A stretch of 64,000 bases of DNA from Bacteriovoracaceae bacterium (GCA_041586955.1 JBFGZE010000005.1:1-64000), one strand, 5' to 3'; counted from the stretch's first letter, positions 18,309 through 29,524 are shown. Made by a program: numbers and translations. The notes: generated by a model not told the origin, from the letters alone.

Positions 18309-19276
18309 AAATCCGTTAACATCGTTTCAAAAACCACCACAAAAAAACTTTCAATAGAGTTAAGGTCTGCAGGGACTGCGGCCATACTTTCGCAAACACT
18401 TTGTGTTTTAACTGTGCAAACAGCTCCTAGCCCGGCCAAGGTGCAGAGATCTCCGATATTGCTCTGCAGATCCTGTAGTTCACTGGTGTTATCACCACTC
18501 AATGAAATATTTGAAAGGAGGTCGAGGAGATTATTAAACAATATGACTCCCTGGCATAAATACTTATTACGATTGGGAGCACCATCTTTTAATTCGCTAT
18601 GGCCATCAGCATTCCCTGCACATGGAGTAATTGTCCCACCGCCAGTAGCAAAGGCCCGGAGTACTTGTGAATCTCCAGCACCACCATCAAAAAAAGTATA
18701 ATCAGTAAGACAATCATTGGTTTCAGGTGTATCCCTGGCCCCTTTCTTTCCGGCGGCGTTGGTATTGCCATGAAGGTAAAAATACCGACCCAATTGAGCG
18801 AGCACCATATAGAGGGCCTGCATATTCATATTGCTGGCGTCCGTGCTATTAAATTCAGCGGCCCTATTGGCGGCACTGACGGTGGAGATATTTCCTGCAT
18901 ATAAGAGAGTGTCGATGGCACTTTGTAAATTGATAAAGGCCTTATTTGTGGAGGACGTTGTGGGTGAGGAGGCCATGCCTGAGAGTGAGCCAAGGATACC
19001 GGCCTGGGTGGTTGTTAGATCCGCAAGTTCGCCAAAAAGAGAGGTGACACTAAAGCCACCCTTGCAGGCCAAAGCAGAAGAGTATAATTGTAAATATTTG
19101 GCGTCATAATGACGGTAGCCCGTTTGTCCTAATTCAAAGAGCGCTTCATCACATTTTGATTGAGTGAGAAGAAGTTTGGCCTTAGTCATAATGAGGTCGA
19201 ATTCTTCTTCTTTGCTCGCACCACACGCGCATAAAAGAATAAGGCAAAGAATTGTTTGAGTAAAAGACTTGGTCAT
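18305..19276 (-). CDS. Hypothetical helical lipoprotein
   Basis: Lipobox LCAC, TPR-like N-terminal helices, multiple Cys; overlaps the barrel gene by 4 nt. Confidence 0.65.
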   Translation of the reverse strand: MTKSFTQTILCLILLCACGASKEEEFDLIMTKAKLLLTQSKCDEALFELGQTGYRHYDAKYLQLYSSALACKGGFSVTSLFGELADLTTTQAGILGSLSGMASSPTTSSTNKAFINLQSAIDTLLYAGNISTVSAANRAAEFNSTDASNMNMQALYMVLAQLGRYFYLHGNTNAAGKKGARDTPETNDCLTDYTFFDGGAGDSQVLRAFATGGGTITPCAGNADGHSELKDGAPNRNKYLCQGVILFNNLLDLLSNISLSGDNTSELQDLQSNIGDLCTLAGLGAVCTVKTQSVCESMAAVPADLNSIESFFVVVFETMLTDL

Positions 19277-19434
19277 TTGTTTTAATCCTCCATACTAATT
19301 TTAACCCAGAGGGTTATATGGAGGTAAGTGAGCAAAATTCTCTATTGGGAATAAGAAAATTTGTTTCAATTCATCTTGGAGTTTCTTACAATAAAAGAGC
19401 GGTAAAATTTGCCGCCTATTTTTGGAGGCCCTGT

Positions 19435-20748
19435 TTGGAAAAAACATTTGTTTTAGATACCAATGTCATTCTTTTTGATCCAATGAGTATTTTTAAATTC
19501 GGAAAGAATAAAGTTTTTATTCCCCTAATTGTCGTTGAGGAAGTTGATCGCTTTAAAAAGGATCAGAATGAAAATGGGCGTAATGCACGTTATTTTAGCC
19601 GCATTGTCGATGATTTACGCAGCGAAGGCTCCCTTGTTGATGGGGTTGAGCTAGAAACGGGTGGGAAACTCGTTATTAGCATTGATAAGCGAGTCTCGGC
19701 GGACAAATGTAAAAATATCGACCTTAATCTTAATGATAATTTAATTTTGGCGAGTGCTTTGACCTTAAAAGAAGAAGGTCAGGATGTTCACCTTATAACG
19801 AAAGATATTAACCTACGCTTAAAAGCTGATATTTTTGGTGTCATCGCTGAAGATTATGGCCAAAAAGATGTGACCTTAGATGAGGTCTATAGCGGTCAGC
19901 GCATCTTGGAATTAGACCCTGAGCGTTTGAATGAATACGAAAAAGAACGTTTTCTTCCTCTTAAAGAGGCCAAGGAGATGGGGATACAACCCAATGAGTA
20001 CATGATTTTGATGGAAAAAGGTAATGAACGGCATCGCTTTTTAGGCCGCTTTTGCCAATCAAAGGGCGGAGTTGTCCCTCTCATTTCTATGCGTGAGGGA
20101 GTGTGGGGAATTTATCCACGTAACGTTGAACAACAATTTGCTTTAGATGCACTTTTAAATGATGACATAAAATTAGTGACCTTGGTGGGGAAGGCGGGGA
20201 CCGGGAAGACACTTCTTGCCATCGCGGCCGGCCTTGAAATGACTATTACTCAAGAAAAATACAGTCGTCTTTTGGTTTCAAGACCGGTTCAGCCAATGGG
20301 CCGTGACCTTGGGTATTTGCCTGGGGATATTAATGAAAAATTGGCCCCTTGGATGCAACCGATTTTTGATAATATGGATTTTCTTTTTGGCCAAACTCGT
20401 GGTGATAACGCCGCTTCTTATGAAGATTTGATTAACCATGGCCTTCTTCATATCGAGCCTTTGACTTATATTCGTGGACGTTCAATTCCTGGGCAATACT
20501 TAATTGTCGACGAAGCACAGAACTTGTCTCCCCATGAAGTGAAGACCATCATCACTCGCGCCGGTGAGGGGACAAAAATAGTTTTGACTGGGGATGCTCA
20601 ACAGATTGATAGCCCCTATTTGGATGAAATTAATAATGGCCTAGTTTATTGCTTGGATCGTCTCAAATCAGAAGATATTGTCGGCCATACTATCTTAAAG
20701 GTTGGTGAGCGTTCGGCCTTATCTGAAGCCGCCTCTAAGCATCTTTAA
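19435..20748 (+). CDS. PIN-domain PhoH-family ATPase (PhoH2/YlaK-like)
   Basis: VLDTNV PIN motif, TKDINLR, Walker A GKAGTGKT, LGYLPG, YIRGRS, DEAQN and LTGD..Q. Start TTG 19435 behind GGAGG. Confidence 0.9.
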   Translation: MEKTFVLDTNVILFDPMSIFKFGKNKVFIPLIVVEEVDRFKKDQNENGRNARYFSRIVDDLRSEGSLVDGVELETGGKLVISIDKRVSADKCKNIDLNLNDNLILASALTLKEEGQDVHLITKDINLRLKADIFGVIAEDYGQKDVTLDEVYSGQRILELDPERLNEYEKERFLPLKEAKEMGIQPNEYMILMEKGNERHRFLGRFCQSKGGVVPLISMREGVWGIYPRNVEQQFALDALLNDDIKLVTLVGKAGTGKTLLAIAAGLEMTITQEKYSRLLVSRPVQPMGRDLGYLPGDINEKLAPWMQPIFDNMDFLFGQTRGDNAASYEDLINHGLLHIEPLTYIRGRSIPGQYLIVDEAQNLSPHEVKTIITRAGEGTKIVLTGDAQQIDSPYLDEINNGLVYCLDRLKSEDIVGHTILKVGERSALSEAASKHL

Positions 20749-20759
20749 ATAATAAGCTC

Positions 20760-20806
20760 TTCTTTTGTCTAGCGACACTTGTAAAGTGAGCTGGGCAAAA
20801 GAAGAA
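20760..20806. terminator. Long hairpin downstream of phoH, probable terminator
   Basis: TTCTTTTGTCTAGC pairs with GCTGGGCAAAAGAA (with G-U pairs), with an inner CACTT/AAGTG stem. Confidence 0.5.
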
Positions 20807-20933
20807 ATGAACCCTACAAAGTTTACCGACTTCTTTACTCTGTTATGGTTTGCTAAAATAGATTTGACTATTGAAGTCTATAAATTGGAAAATTATCCCC
20901 AATTAATTCCATTATTTTGAAATTTAGGTACAC

Positions 20934-21431
20934 ATGAAAAAGATTTTATTATTCGTTTTCATTTTAGGCATTATTCCGGGCATCTCGATGGCAAGCCTCG
21001 AGCTTGGCGCCGGGTTAAATTCCGCTTTCAATGGCCGTATGGTGCCGACTTTAACGGCGTCCATTACGGGATCAAAGTTTGCTCTTACCGCTTTTTCAAG
21101 CGGTGTGAATAGCACTTATTATTATCATTCCACCTATGGCCTGGCCTGGTACTACACCATGCCTGTGAGGGATATTTTGGGAGGCAAGGTTAATTTTGGT
21201 TTTGGTTTAGGAACCTTCTACGCCGAGAGGGGGTTTCAGGATATGGACTCTTCTAGGAAGGAAAAGAAAAGTGATTATGCTTCAGGCCCAGCGATTAGGC
21301 TGAATTATACTTTTGCCGGGTTCATATATTTCAATATGGAGGCGATGTATGGCCTACGCAGCCTCTATCATAACCTCACTCTTAATTTTCAAGATATGGT
21401 TGTCACTAGTATCGGGATACGAATATGGTAA
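20934..21431 (+). CDS. Small outer-membrane beta-barrel protein
   Basis: Signal peptide, aromatic alternating strands, ends in GIRIW. Confidence 0.6.
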   Translation: MKKILLFVFILGIIPGISMASLELGAGLNSAFNGRMVPTLTASITGSKFALTAFSSGVNSTYYYHSTYGLAWYYTMPVRDILGGKVNFGFGLGTFYAERGFQDMDSSRKEKKSDYASGPAIRLNYTFAGFIYFNMEAMYGLRSLYHNLTLNFQDMVVTSIGIRIW

Positions 21432-21808
21432 AAAAATTATGGATGACTTGTCTATTCGCGATTGTCATAGGGCAAGCGCAAGCAGCTTTCCCCAGTGTCT
21501 ATGCTGCTCTCCCTAATAATTTTGCAGGCATTGGCGCCTTAAGAGTAGGGTTTAGCGATTATGAAGTGGGTTATTTAATGCCTTCCAATATTGGGATTCT
21601 CAAAATTTTACGAATTAATAATAACTTTTATAGTGCTCTAGGCTTGAGCTATTTGTTCCTGGGAACTCCAGCGATTGTCGGTTCAGGGGGGTTTAATTTT
21701 AATGTCTGGAAAAGTATTGGCATTAGAGGGGAGCTCGCCGCCTATCAAGGCATCCTTAATAACCAAAGTGGCGGAATCGGCATGATTGGCGGCTCTTTTA
21801 ATTTTTAA
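21425..21808 (+). CDS. Small secreted/outer-membrane beta-strand protein
   Basis: Signal peptide (AQA), Gly-rich strands, ends in SFNF. Confidence 0.55.
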   Translation: MVKKLWMTCLFAIVIGQAQAAFPSVYAALPNNFAGIGALRVGFSDYEVGYLMPSNIGILKILRINNNFYSALGLSYLFLGTPAIVGSGGFNFNVWKSIGIRGELAAYQGILNNQSGGIGMIGGSFNF

Positions 21809-21820
21809 GAGGATTTAACA

Positions 21821-22480
21821 ATGACAAAGTGTCGATTATTAATGATATCTTTTCTTCTACCCCTCTGTGTGGGCTTTAGAGCTTTTGTTGACATAAACCC
21901 TTGGGTCAATGTTTCAAATGCTAATGCCGTAACCCGAAAAATTTTTATTTCTTATCCGAATGGCACCAAGACTATGAGTAATGATATTAAAGGTTCTGAT
22001 CCCTTGAATGCCGCTGAGGCGGAACTTACTGTCGATACTGTTATGCAATCGATCATCGATGATTATAATAATGTCGAGTCCTCTTATATTACTTTGGCGA
22101 CCATTACCGATTCTGATTATGTGGCCGGAACTTCGCCGACAATCATCATTGATCTTGAGGGTTCAAGTGGAACTCAAAGTGGAGAGGCCCGGCCTAATTT
22201 TCAAAGTGGAAAAATTTCAAGCTGTGAAATTGGCCTTAAGGAGAGTAGTGTAATGAAGGGAGCACGGTCTTTCATTGCAACCACCGCTCATGAAATTGGA
22301 CATTGTTTAGGTTTATTACACCCTCAGGAAACAACGGTTTCTATTATGTCTTATTTTCGGGATAGTAATACCATTCGTTTACAGGTTGATGATAAAATGG
22401 CGCTGGCCTATCTTTATCCAATAGACCCGGATGCCTCAGCTGAAAATAATACACTTGGTCTTCGTTGCTCAAAGCGGTAA
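21821..22480 (+). CDS. Matrixin-like (M10) metzincin metalloprotease, secreted
   Basis: HEIGHCLGLLH zinc motif and SIM Met-turn; signal peptide. Confidence 0.85.
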   Translation: MTKCRLLMISFLLPLCVGFRAFVDINPWVNVSNANAVTRKIFISYPNGTKTMSNDIKGSDPLNAAEAELTVDTVMQSIIDDYNNVESSYITLATITDSDYVAGTSPTIIIDLEGSSGTQSGEARPNFQSGKISSCEIGLKESSVMKGARSFIATTAHEIGHCLGLLHPQETTVSIMSYFRDSNTIRLQVDDKMALAYLYPIDPDASAENNTLGLRCSKR

Positions 22481-22801
22481 CGAGCGTAAATTTTAAAATA
22501 ATTATTTCCTAAGTTTTTGAAATTAAGATACTAGGCTTTAAGATATCTATTGCTTTTCGTTTATTATGATAGAGCTTAGGCATAGAAAAAAATCACACGT
22601 ATTAACCTAACTCCTTGCTTTTATTCGCTTTGTGACACAAGCGTTTTAGTCTGTATAAGCTTTTATTATTTACTTATTTTACATTTCATATTAGAAAAGG
22701 GTCATTGCTTATTCCCTGTGCCTAACTATTGGAATTAGTATGAGAGGGCGGCTTTGGTGTAAGGTAGATCCTTCTTTAAATGTCCTTACAAGGAACTTTA
22801 G

Positions 22802-23311
22802 ATGTCCAAAAATTATAGGGTCTTACTAACAGATGATGATCAGGGAATTCATGATGTTTTACGTATGGCCTTTCAAGATATTTTTGATACATCTGATTCG
22901 GTTAAGTCAACTAAAGAGAATCTATTAAGTCAATTACTTGGTGCCCAGAAAACAGATAAATTAAATATCGAATTAATTCATACCTACCAGGGGGATGAGG
23001 CCTTGTCTCGTCTCAAAGAGCAGGATGACCCTGTTGATCTCATCGTCTTGGATATGCTCATGCCCCCTGGTGTGAATGGGGTAGAAGTTCTCAAGCAATT
23101 AGTTGATATTTCAAAAAATTTCAAAATTGTTATTAGCACCGCTTATTTCCATGATCTCGAAGCAGATATCCGAGAATTATCTCAAAACTTTGAAGAGGTT
23201 TATTTACTTCATAAACCTTATGACCTTGATACCTTTTCTAAACTCGTCAAAAATATCTTTTTTGACAAACATTACGAACTCAGCCAGGACGATATTATTA
23301 AGCTTAAATAA
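22802..23311 (+). CDS. Single-domain response regulator (receiver)
   Basis: LLTDDD, LDMLMP, ISTA and HKP motifs, with an insertion after helix 1. Confidence 0.88.
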   Translation: MSKNYRVLLTDDDQGIHDVLRMAFQDIFDTSDSVKSTKENLLSQLLGAQKTDKLNIELIHTYQGDEALSRLKEQDDPVDLIVLDMLMPPGVNGVEVLKQLVDISKNFKIVISTAYFHDLEADIRELSQNFEEVYLLHKPYDLDTFSKLVKNIFFDKHYELSQDDIIKLK

Positions 23312-23324
23312 TGGGGGCCATGTT

Positions 23325-26300
23325 ATGGTACAGCAATCGAGACTTTCTATTCCTCATCGTGTCTACGGTAGGAAAAATGAGACCGCCTCCATTCAATCAG
23401 CAGTTTTAGGAAAGGACGATCAGGGCCCGAAGGCGATCTTTTTGTCAGGCGAATCTGGAATTGGAAAAACAGCAACGATTAAGTGCGCCATTAACTCTCT
23501 ACCTGAAAAAGAGATTTCCTTTTTATCTGGAAAATTTGATCAATTGGCCGGAGATACTCTGGGTGGAGCTTTTTTAAAGGCGATTTCAACTTTTTTGGTT
23601 GATATTATTGCTGGTCCTTATGATGAGCTTCAGCGCTGGAAAGAAGAGCTGAGAGAACATTTGGGACAAAATGCTCGGGTTCTAGGAGATGTTATACCAG
23701 AGCTTCAAATCATTTTAGGAGAAATGGAAGCGCCTGCGGAATTAGGGCCTGCTGAATCTCAAGTACGGTTTGAATTAATGCTAGTTGGCCTTGTTGTCCT
23801 TATTTCGATTCGCTCCCCTAAACATATCGTTATGTTTATTGATGACTTACAGTGGGCAAGTGCACGTAGTATTAACTTGATAAAAAATCTAATTAGAAGT
23901 AAAAAATTAAAAAACTTCCTTTTTATTGGGGCATATAGAGACAACGTCGCCGCTGATCATCCTGTCCATATGCTTTCTAAGATTGAAGATGTTGGAATCA
24001 AAAACTATCATTTAGGTCCTCTCAAACGAGAAGATATAGATGACTTTTTAACAGACACGTTAGGGAGAAATGATTTCAATAAGCAATTATCACAAAACCT
24101 AGTAGATAAAACCGCAGGAAACCCATTCCATATCATTCAATTTCTTTTCTATATTGAACTGCAAGGGATTCTTTTTAAGGAGGGCGATGGATGGAATTGT
24201 GATATGGAGGAACTTAAAAAGCAATCAGTCTCCGATAATGTGGTTGATATTCTTCTAAGTAAAATGAAAACATTAGGTGAGAAAGAGCAGCGTTTTTTAT
24301 CAATATGTTCCATTTTGGGGAATGAGATTGACCTCAACATTTTGACTGATATCTCAGCAGGTCAAGGTCTTAATTTTAACGCCTATTTGACCAAAATGCG
24401 CTATTATTCTTATCTCAATATATCAAAAAAACGTTTGAGTTTTAGTCACGATAGAATTCAAGAAGCGGCCTATAAACTAATAGATCAAAGTGAACGAAAA
24501 AAATTACATAAAGTGATTGGGGATTATTTACTTGAAAAAAAAGGTCACAAAAATAACTTTGATGCAACCGTTATTGCCGACCATTTGAACTTTTGTGTGG
24601 ATTTATTAGAGCGAAAAGAAAAAATAGGCCTTATTCACCTTAACGTCGAGGCATCTGGTATCGCGAAGAAATCAACGGCCTTTGCGCAATCATTGGTTTA
24701 TCTTAATCAAGCTGATGAAATGAAATCTCTCGTTGAAGATGACAGAGAGCTTTATTCAAAAATTATTTTGGAGAGAGCAGAGTCTTTGTATTTAAATGGA
24801 GATTATGTTAATTGCGAAAAATATATCAACCAATCCTTGCAAGAGAATTTAAATGCTTCATCACAGGCGCTTTTGCTTAATCAGCTTATTATCCAATGCA
24901 CGGCCCAAGGGCGTTATGCTGATGCCATCGAAAACGGACGAAAGGCCTTAGCAAAGCTTGATATGTCCTTACCACAAGAAAATTTAAAGAAATATGTACT
25001 GGAGGAATTAGATACTGTTAAGGGAATGATTCATGGCCGCGATGTTTTATCATTGCGGAGTGAAGATGAGATGCAGGATCAACGCATGAAGATTGCCATG
25101 AATATTCTCATCAACATGGATTCTCCCTGCTATTTAAGTAATATTGATCTTTATTGTGTGGTTGTTGCCAAGATGGTTCAAATCTCTATTGAATACGGCC
25201 CTGTACCAGAATCTGCCAAAGGTTATGCCTCTTATGGAATTGTTCTCTGCTCATTTAATGAAAACAAATTGGGAAGAGAATTTAATGAGTTAGGGATCGC
25301 TATCGCTGATCGTTTTAATCACCTCGGCCAAATTTGTCGCGCGTGTCATACCATGGCCAATCATGTGCAATTTTGGACTCAACATATTATTGAAGGGGAC
25401 TCCTATAATGATCGGGGATTTTTGGCGGGGCATGATGCCGGAGAGTATCTCTGGGCAGGGTTTATCAAATTATTTAAACCCTATAACCAATTCTTTAGGG
25501 CCAGAAATATCCATCAATTAAAAGATGATATTGTGACTGGTTTAGATTATTGCACACAGCACCCCAATCAATTGGGAATTGATACTCTAACCGGTTTAGG
25601 GATTCTATTAAGTGAATTGGCCGGATCAGATCTTTTTGAAGGCGTCCTCAGCTTACCGACCCATGAACAATTTGTTAAAAAATGCCACGAAACAAATAGT
25701 TTGATGGCATTAAGTATGTATCTTTCGGTCAAAACATTTACGCTTTTACTTGAAAATAAATTTGAGGAAGCGTCTGTCATGGTTGAGAACTCGCTTGAGT
25801 TATTGCCATTTTCCTATTCTGTCATTACGAATTTTTACGATACATTTTCGAAGGCCTTTCTTCTGTTACAAAGAGCAAAGTCCTATCAAGAAGTCGATGA
25901 AGTCGAGCTCAGTGACTGTTTAACCAGTATTTAAAAATTGGCCATTTCTTGCCCTGAAAATTTTGAGGCCTTTCACAATCTTTTATTGGGAGAGTTAAAT
26001 ATTCTGAAAGGGGATTTTTATCCTGGCGTGGAGTTTTTAGAGAAAGCAAGTGATCGATCTCGCAAGTCTGGTTTTGATCACCTGCAAGGCCTTATTTGGA
26101 ATCGTTTAAGTTTTCATTGGCAAAATACCCAGGGAAAAAGTGAGATATCTTCCTTTTATAAGGAGAACGCTGAAAAGGTCTTTAAAGGGTGGGGCGCTAA
26201 TGAGTTAGCTTTTAAATCGCAACGAGAGCGTGGAGTGAAACCAGAGGCCAATGATGAAAGCAAGGTCTATTTACCTAGTGATCTTAGTACTATCCTAAAG

Positions 26301-27656
26301 GGACATAGTATTGGCGGAGAAAGATTGGGCAGAGAGGAGATTCTCAATAAATCTCTATCTGTCTTGGTTAAGGCCAGTCACTCTCAATATGGGGCCATTT
26401 ATTTACTAGATAATGAATCAAACTTAATCCTCGAGGAAAGTTTAAATGAAAGCTGGGAGAAGGACCTTTCTTCTCTTGTCAATTATACCTTTCGTGCCAA
26501 TAAAACATTATGTTCCCATTTGATGGAGCAGGAGAGAATCATTGAAATTCTCGGCGATATGAACTATTCGATTCTTTCTACACCGATTCAGGGCAAAGGA
26601 GTCATTGTTTTAATTCGAGATGAGAAAAATACCGACAATTATAATGAAGAGGTGATGAGAGTTGTTCAACTTATTACTCAACAATTATTGTTATCTCTTG
26701 AGAATATAGATATGTACCAAAAGATGACTCTCTTTAATAAAGAGCTTGAAGAAAAAGTCGCTTTACGCACTCGCGAATTAAAAAACGAAAGAGACAAGGC
26801 ACAAGCGATTGCAGAAGATCTTAAAAAAGCACAAAGAGAGATTGTGGATATTGCTAAAAATGCAGGGCGTACAGAGGTTGCGGCGAACGTTCTCCACAAT
26901 GTAGGCAATAGTTCGATGTTTATTCTTGGCCAGTTTAGCATTATGAGAAAAAAGCTTAAAAAAGAAGGCCCTTTCGAAATATTACAAGCTTTGATTACGA
27001 AGCTTGGCGACTACCAAGGTGGGGTTGTGGAGTTTGTGAAGAAAGATCCAGTCGGCCAGAATCTTGGTCAGTTTTTGCAAGAGATAGCGAATTTAGGTCA
27101 TCAATTTATTGCAGATCAAGATCAGAGAGTTGCTGGTATTGAGCAAAAGCTTAGACAAATGATGAAATTAATTAAGACCGAAAGTATAAATTATAATGCC
27201 TACGCAGTTTTAGAAACGACAGATATTCGAGCTATAATTGATGAGGCAGTCATTTTATCGGGGCTGGGTGATACTATTGAGCATCGAGTCAGAATTGAAA
27301 CTCCTTTACAACCCAAATTAGATTTTGCAAAAGTGAAAAATATCCTCATTAATCTCTATTCTAATAGTATTAATGCCTGTGCCAACCTCGATCGTAAACC
27401 ACTGGTGACTTCTTTAGTGAAGAAAAAAGACAATTATTTGCGAATTGAAGTCAGCGATAATGGATGTGGCATAGCAGAAGCTGCTCTCTCCGAGATTTTC
27501 TCCCCTGGGGTTTCAACACGAAATAATGGGGAAGGTGGCTATGGCCTTCATAATTCATCAATTGTGGCGCAAAACCTCGGAGGAAGCTTAATTGCCCATT
27601 CAGATGGGCCACAAATGGGTGCCACTTTTATATTAGAATTACCTTGGGTATCTTAA
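23325..27656 (+). pseudogene. AAA ATPase-TPR-GAF sensor histidine kinase interrupted by an in-frame TAA at 25932-25934
   Basis: ORFs 23103..25934 and 25938..27656 are in the same frame. Motifs: YGR, Walker A GESGIGKT, IDDLQW, GNPF, FSHDRIQEAAY, CPENF, H-box LHNVGN, DNGCGI and GGYGL. Start placed at ATG 23325. Confidence 0.75.
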
Positions 27657-27800
27657 ATATTTTTTAGAATAGCACAAACCCGACAATTTCCTTGAGAAGG
27701 TCATCGTTTGAAATGAACAAACTGTATAATAGGGATCAGTAATTATAATGGAAAAGTAGAGCACAATATTGGCCCATCTTAAAAAGTTTTTTTGTAAGGG

Positions 27801-28121
27801 TTAGATAAGGCGGTTGAGGTCAAAGAACTTTTTTTCCAAGTTTTTCACCATGTCTTTTAAGGAGCTGGAAAAGTTGACAGATTGTCCTTCAAGTCGCCGG
27901 CGAAACTCTTTGAGTATAAGTTTACTTTTACTTGCTGCTTCACAAGATAACTTTTCATCATTTAACTCTGCAATAATAGCGTTGGATTCTTTAATCAGGT
28001 CCCCAAAACTTAAGTTTTTTAGAGTTTCTGAAAGCTGACTTTCTTGAAGAGAAAGTGCTTTGGATTTTTTCCAAGAATCTAAGCAAACAATCTTATCGTC
28101 TTGCTTATGATCTGTATTCAT
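27801..28121 (-). CDS. Hypothetical helical protein
   Basis: ORF with probable start ATG 28121 behind a GGGGA RBS. Confidence 0.5.
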   Translation of the reverse strand: MNTDHKQDDKIVCLDSWKKSKALSLQESQLSETLKNLSFGDLIKESNAIIAELNDEKLSCEAASKSKLILKEFRRRLEGQSVNFSSSLKDMVKNLEKKFFDLNRLI

Positions 28122-28241
28122 ATTGATTTGTCCCCTGTTGCGGGCATTAATCCAAATTCTGTTTAGATTGACAAGTGTCATGAAATTTATTTTAAATTTT
28201 TATTAAAAAACAAATGAAGCTTATTTTGACGCGTAAACTTT

Positions 28242-28835
28242 TTACACCGTCTTTTTCTTCTTGCGCAGCATGAATACCGTAATTCCGATAAGGAAAAGCC
28301 CAAAGAGAACGATATTTCCCTTCTTCACGAGTTCCACCATTTGTTCCCCAAAAGTAAAATACAAATAGAAAAAGACAGAGGAGCTGATAATACAGGCGAT
28401 GAAGTCAGAGACAGCAAATTTTACAGCATTCATTTTACCAAGGCCGGCCGTTAAAAAGAGGCCATTGCGAACGCCAAAAGGGATAAAGCGACCAATGAGG
28501 AGCGTGAGGATGCCATATTTCTCATAAAAAGCGTGAATCTTATCAATTTGCTCTTGGGTGACCATATTCTGAAAGAATTTGATATGAAAAATTTTATTAC
28601 CTAGATAGCGCCCCATAAAAGCATAGCAGATAAGGTCTGAGAGGTAGGCACCGGCGAAAACAGCAATAAAAAGTGGCCAGAGCAGGTCTGGGCTTTGGGC
28701 CGCTAGCATGGCGCTGATAAAGAGCATCAGATCCTCTGAGACGGGAATATTAAAACCGGCCAAAAGAAGGAGACCAAAAATGAGGTAGGGGGCGATTGCA
28801 GCATTTTGCTGAATATAGAGTGTTATTTCTTCCAT
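28242..28835 (-). CDS. DedA family membrane protein
   Basis: IPVSED, SDLICY..GRYLG, GRFIPFGVR and AG..KM motifs. Confidence 0.9.
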   Translation of the reverse strand: MEEITLYIQQNAAIAPYLIFGLLLLAGFNIPVSEDLMLFISAMLAAQSPDLLWPLFIAVFAGAYLSDLICYAFMGRYLGNKIFHIKFFQNMVTQEQIDKIHAFYEKYGILTLLIGRFIPFGVRNGLFLTAGLGKMNAVKFAVSDFIACIISSSVFFYLYFTFGEQMVELVKKGNIVLFGLFLIGITVFMLRKKKKTV

Positions 28836-28869
28836 GGAGACAATTCTATTCTAAAAAAGATGATTTGAG

Positions 28870-28904
28870 AAAAAAAAGGCCCTGGACTTTTAAGGTCCAG
28901 GGCC
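28870..28904 (-). terminator. Rho-independent terminator of ahpC
   Basis: 10-bp stem GGCCCTGGAC/GTCCAGGGCC followed by a T-run on the minus strand. Confidence 0.88.
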
Positions 28905-28921
28905 CCCAATTTTCAATTGGT

Positions 28922-29524
28922 CTATAATTTATTAAAGTATTCTTTTGATCCTTTAGGATCTGGCTTCATTGTATCAGCACCTTTATTCCAGCCGGCAGGA
29001 CAAACTTCGCCATGCTTAGCAGTATATTGGTAACCTTCTACAAGGCGAGCAATTTCGTCAACATTACGGCCTACAGAGAGGTTGTTGATCGAAGCGTGCT
29101 GAACCACATTATTGTCATCAATGATGAATGTTCCACGGAAAGCAACAGCGTCGTTCATTAGAACGCCATAGCTTCTCGCTGTATTTTTAGTGATATCAGA
29201 AAGAAGTGGGTAATTGATTTCCCCTAATCCACCTTCATTTCTTGCTTGCTGAGTCCAGGCCAAGTGAGAAAATTGCGAATCAACAGAACAGCCGATGACT
29301 TCGCAATTAAGGTCTTTGAACATTTGAACTTTATCAGAAAACGCCGTGATTTCTGTGGGGCAAACAAATGTGAAATCAAGGGGGTAGAAGAAGAGAACTT
29401 TCCACTTGCCTTTGAAATCATTGAGAGAAATTGGCTTAATTTCGCCATTAATAACAGCTGGCCCTTCAAAATTGGGAGCTGTTTGACCAACGAGAGTTGT
29501 TGGGTAGTTTGTTTCAGTTGTCAT
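28922..29524 (-). CDS. ahpC: 2-Cys peroxiredoxin (AhpC/TSA)
   Basis: FFYPLDFTFVCPTEI and GEVCPAGW motifs. Confidence 0.93.
   Translation of the reverse strand: MTTETNYPTTLVGQTAPNFEGPAVINGEIKPISLNDFKGKWKVLFFYPLDFTFVCPTEITAFSDKVQMFKDLNCEVIGCSVDSQFSHLAWTQQARNEGGLGEINYPLLSDITKNTARSYGVLMNDAVAFRGTFIIDDNNVVQHASINNLSVGRNVDEIARLVEGYQYTAKHGEVCPAGWNKGADTMKPDPKGSKEYFNKL

Noticed and set aside
19435..20748. PIN domain as the toxin of a toxin-antitoxin pair
   Set aside because: It is the well-known PIN-PhoH fusion, and no adjacent antitoxin-like ORF was found.
23103..23324. N-terminal extension of the 943-aa AAA ORF overlapping the response regulator
   Set aside because: This is an ORF-caller extension from a TTG. 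Family-like sequence starts near ATG 23325, which has a G-rich RBS.
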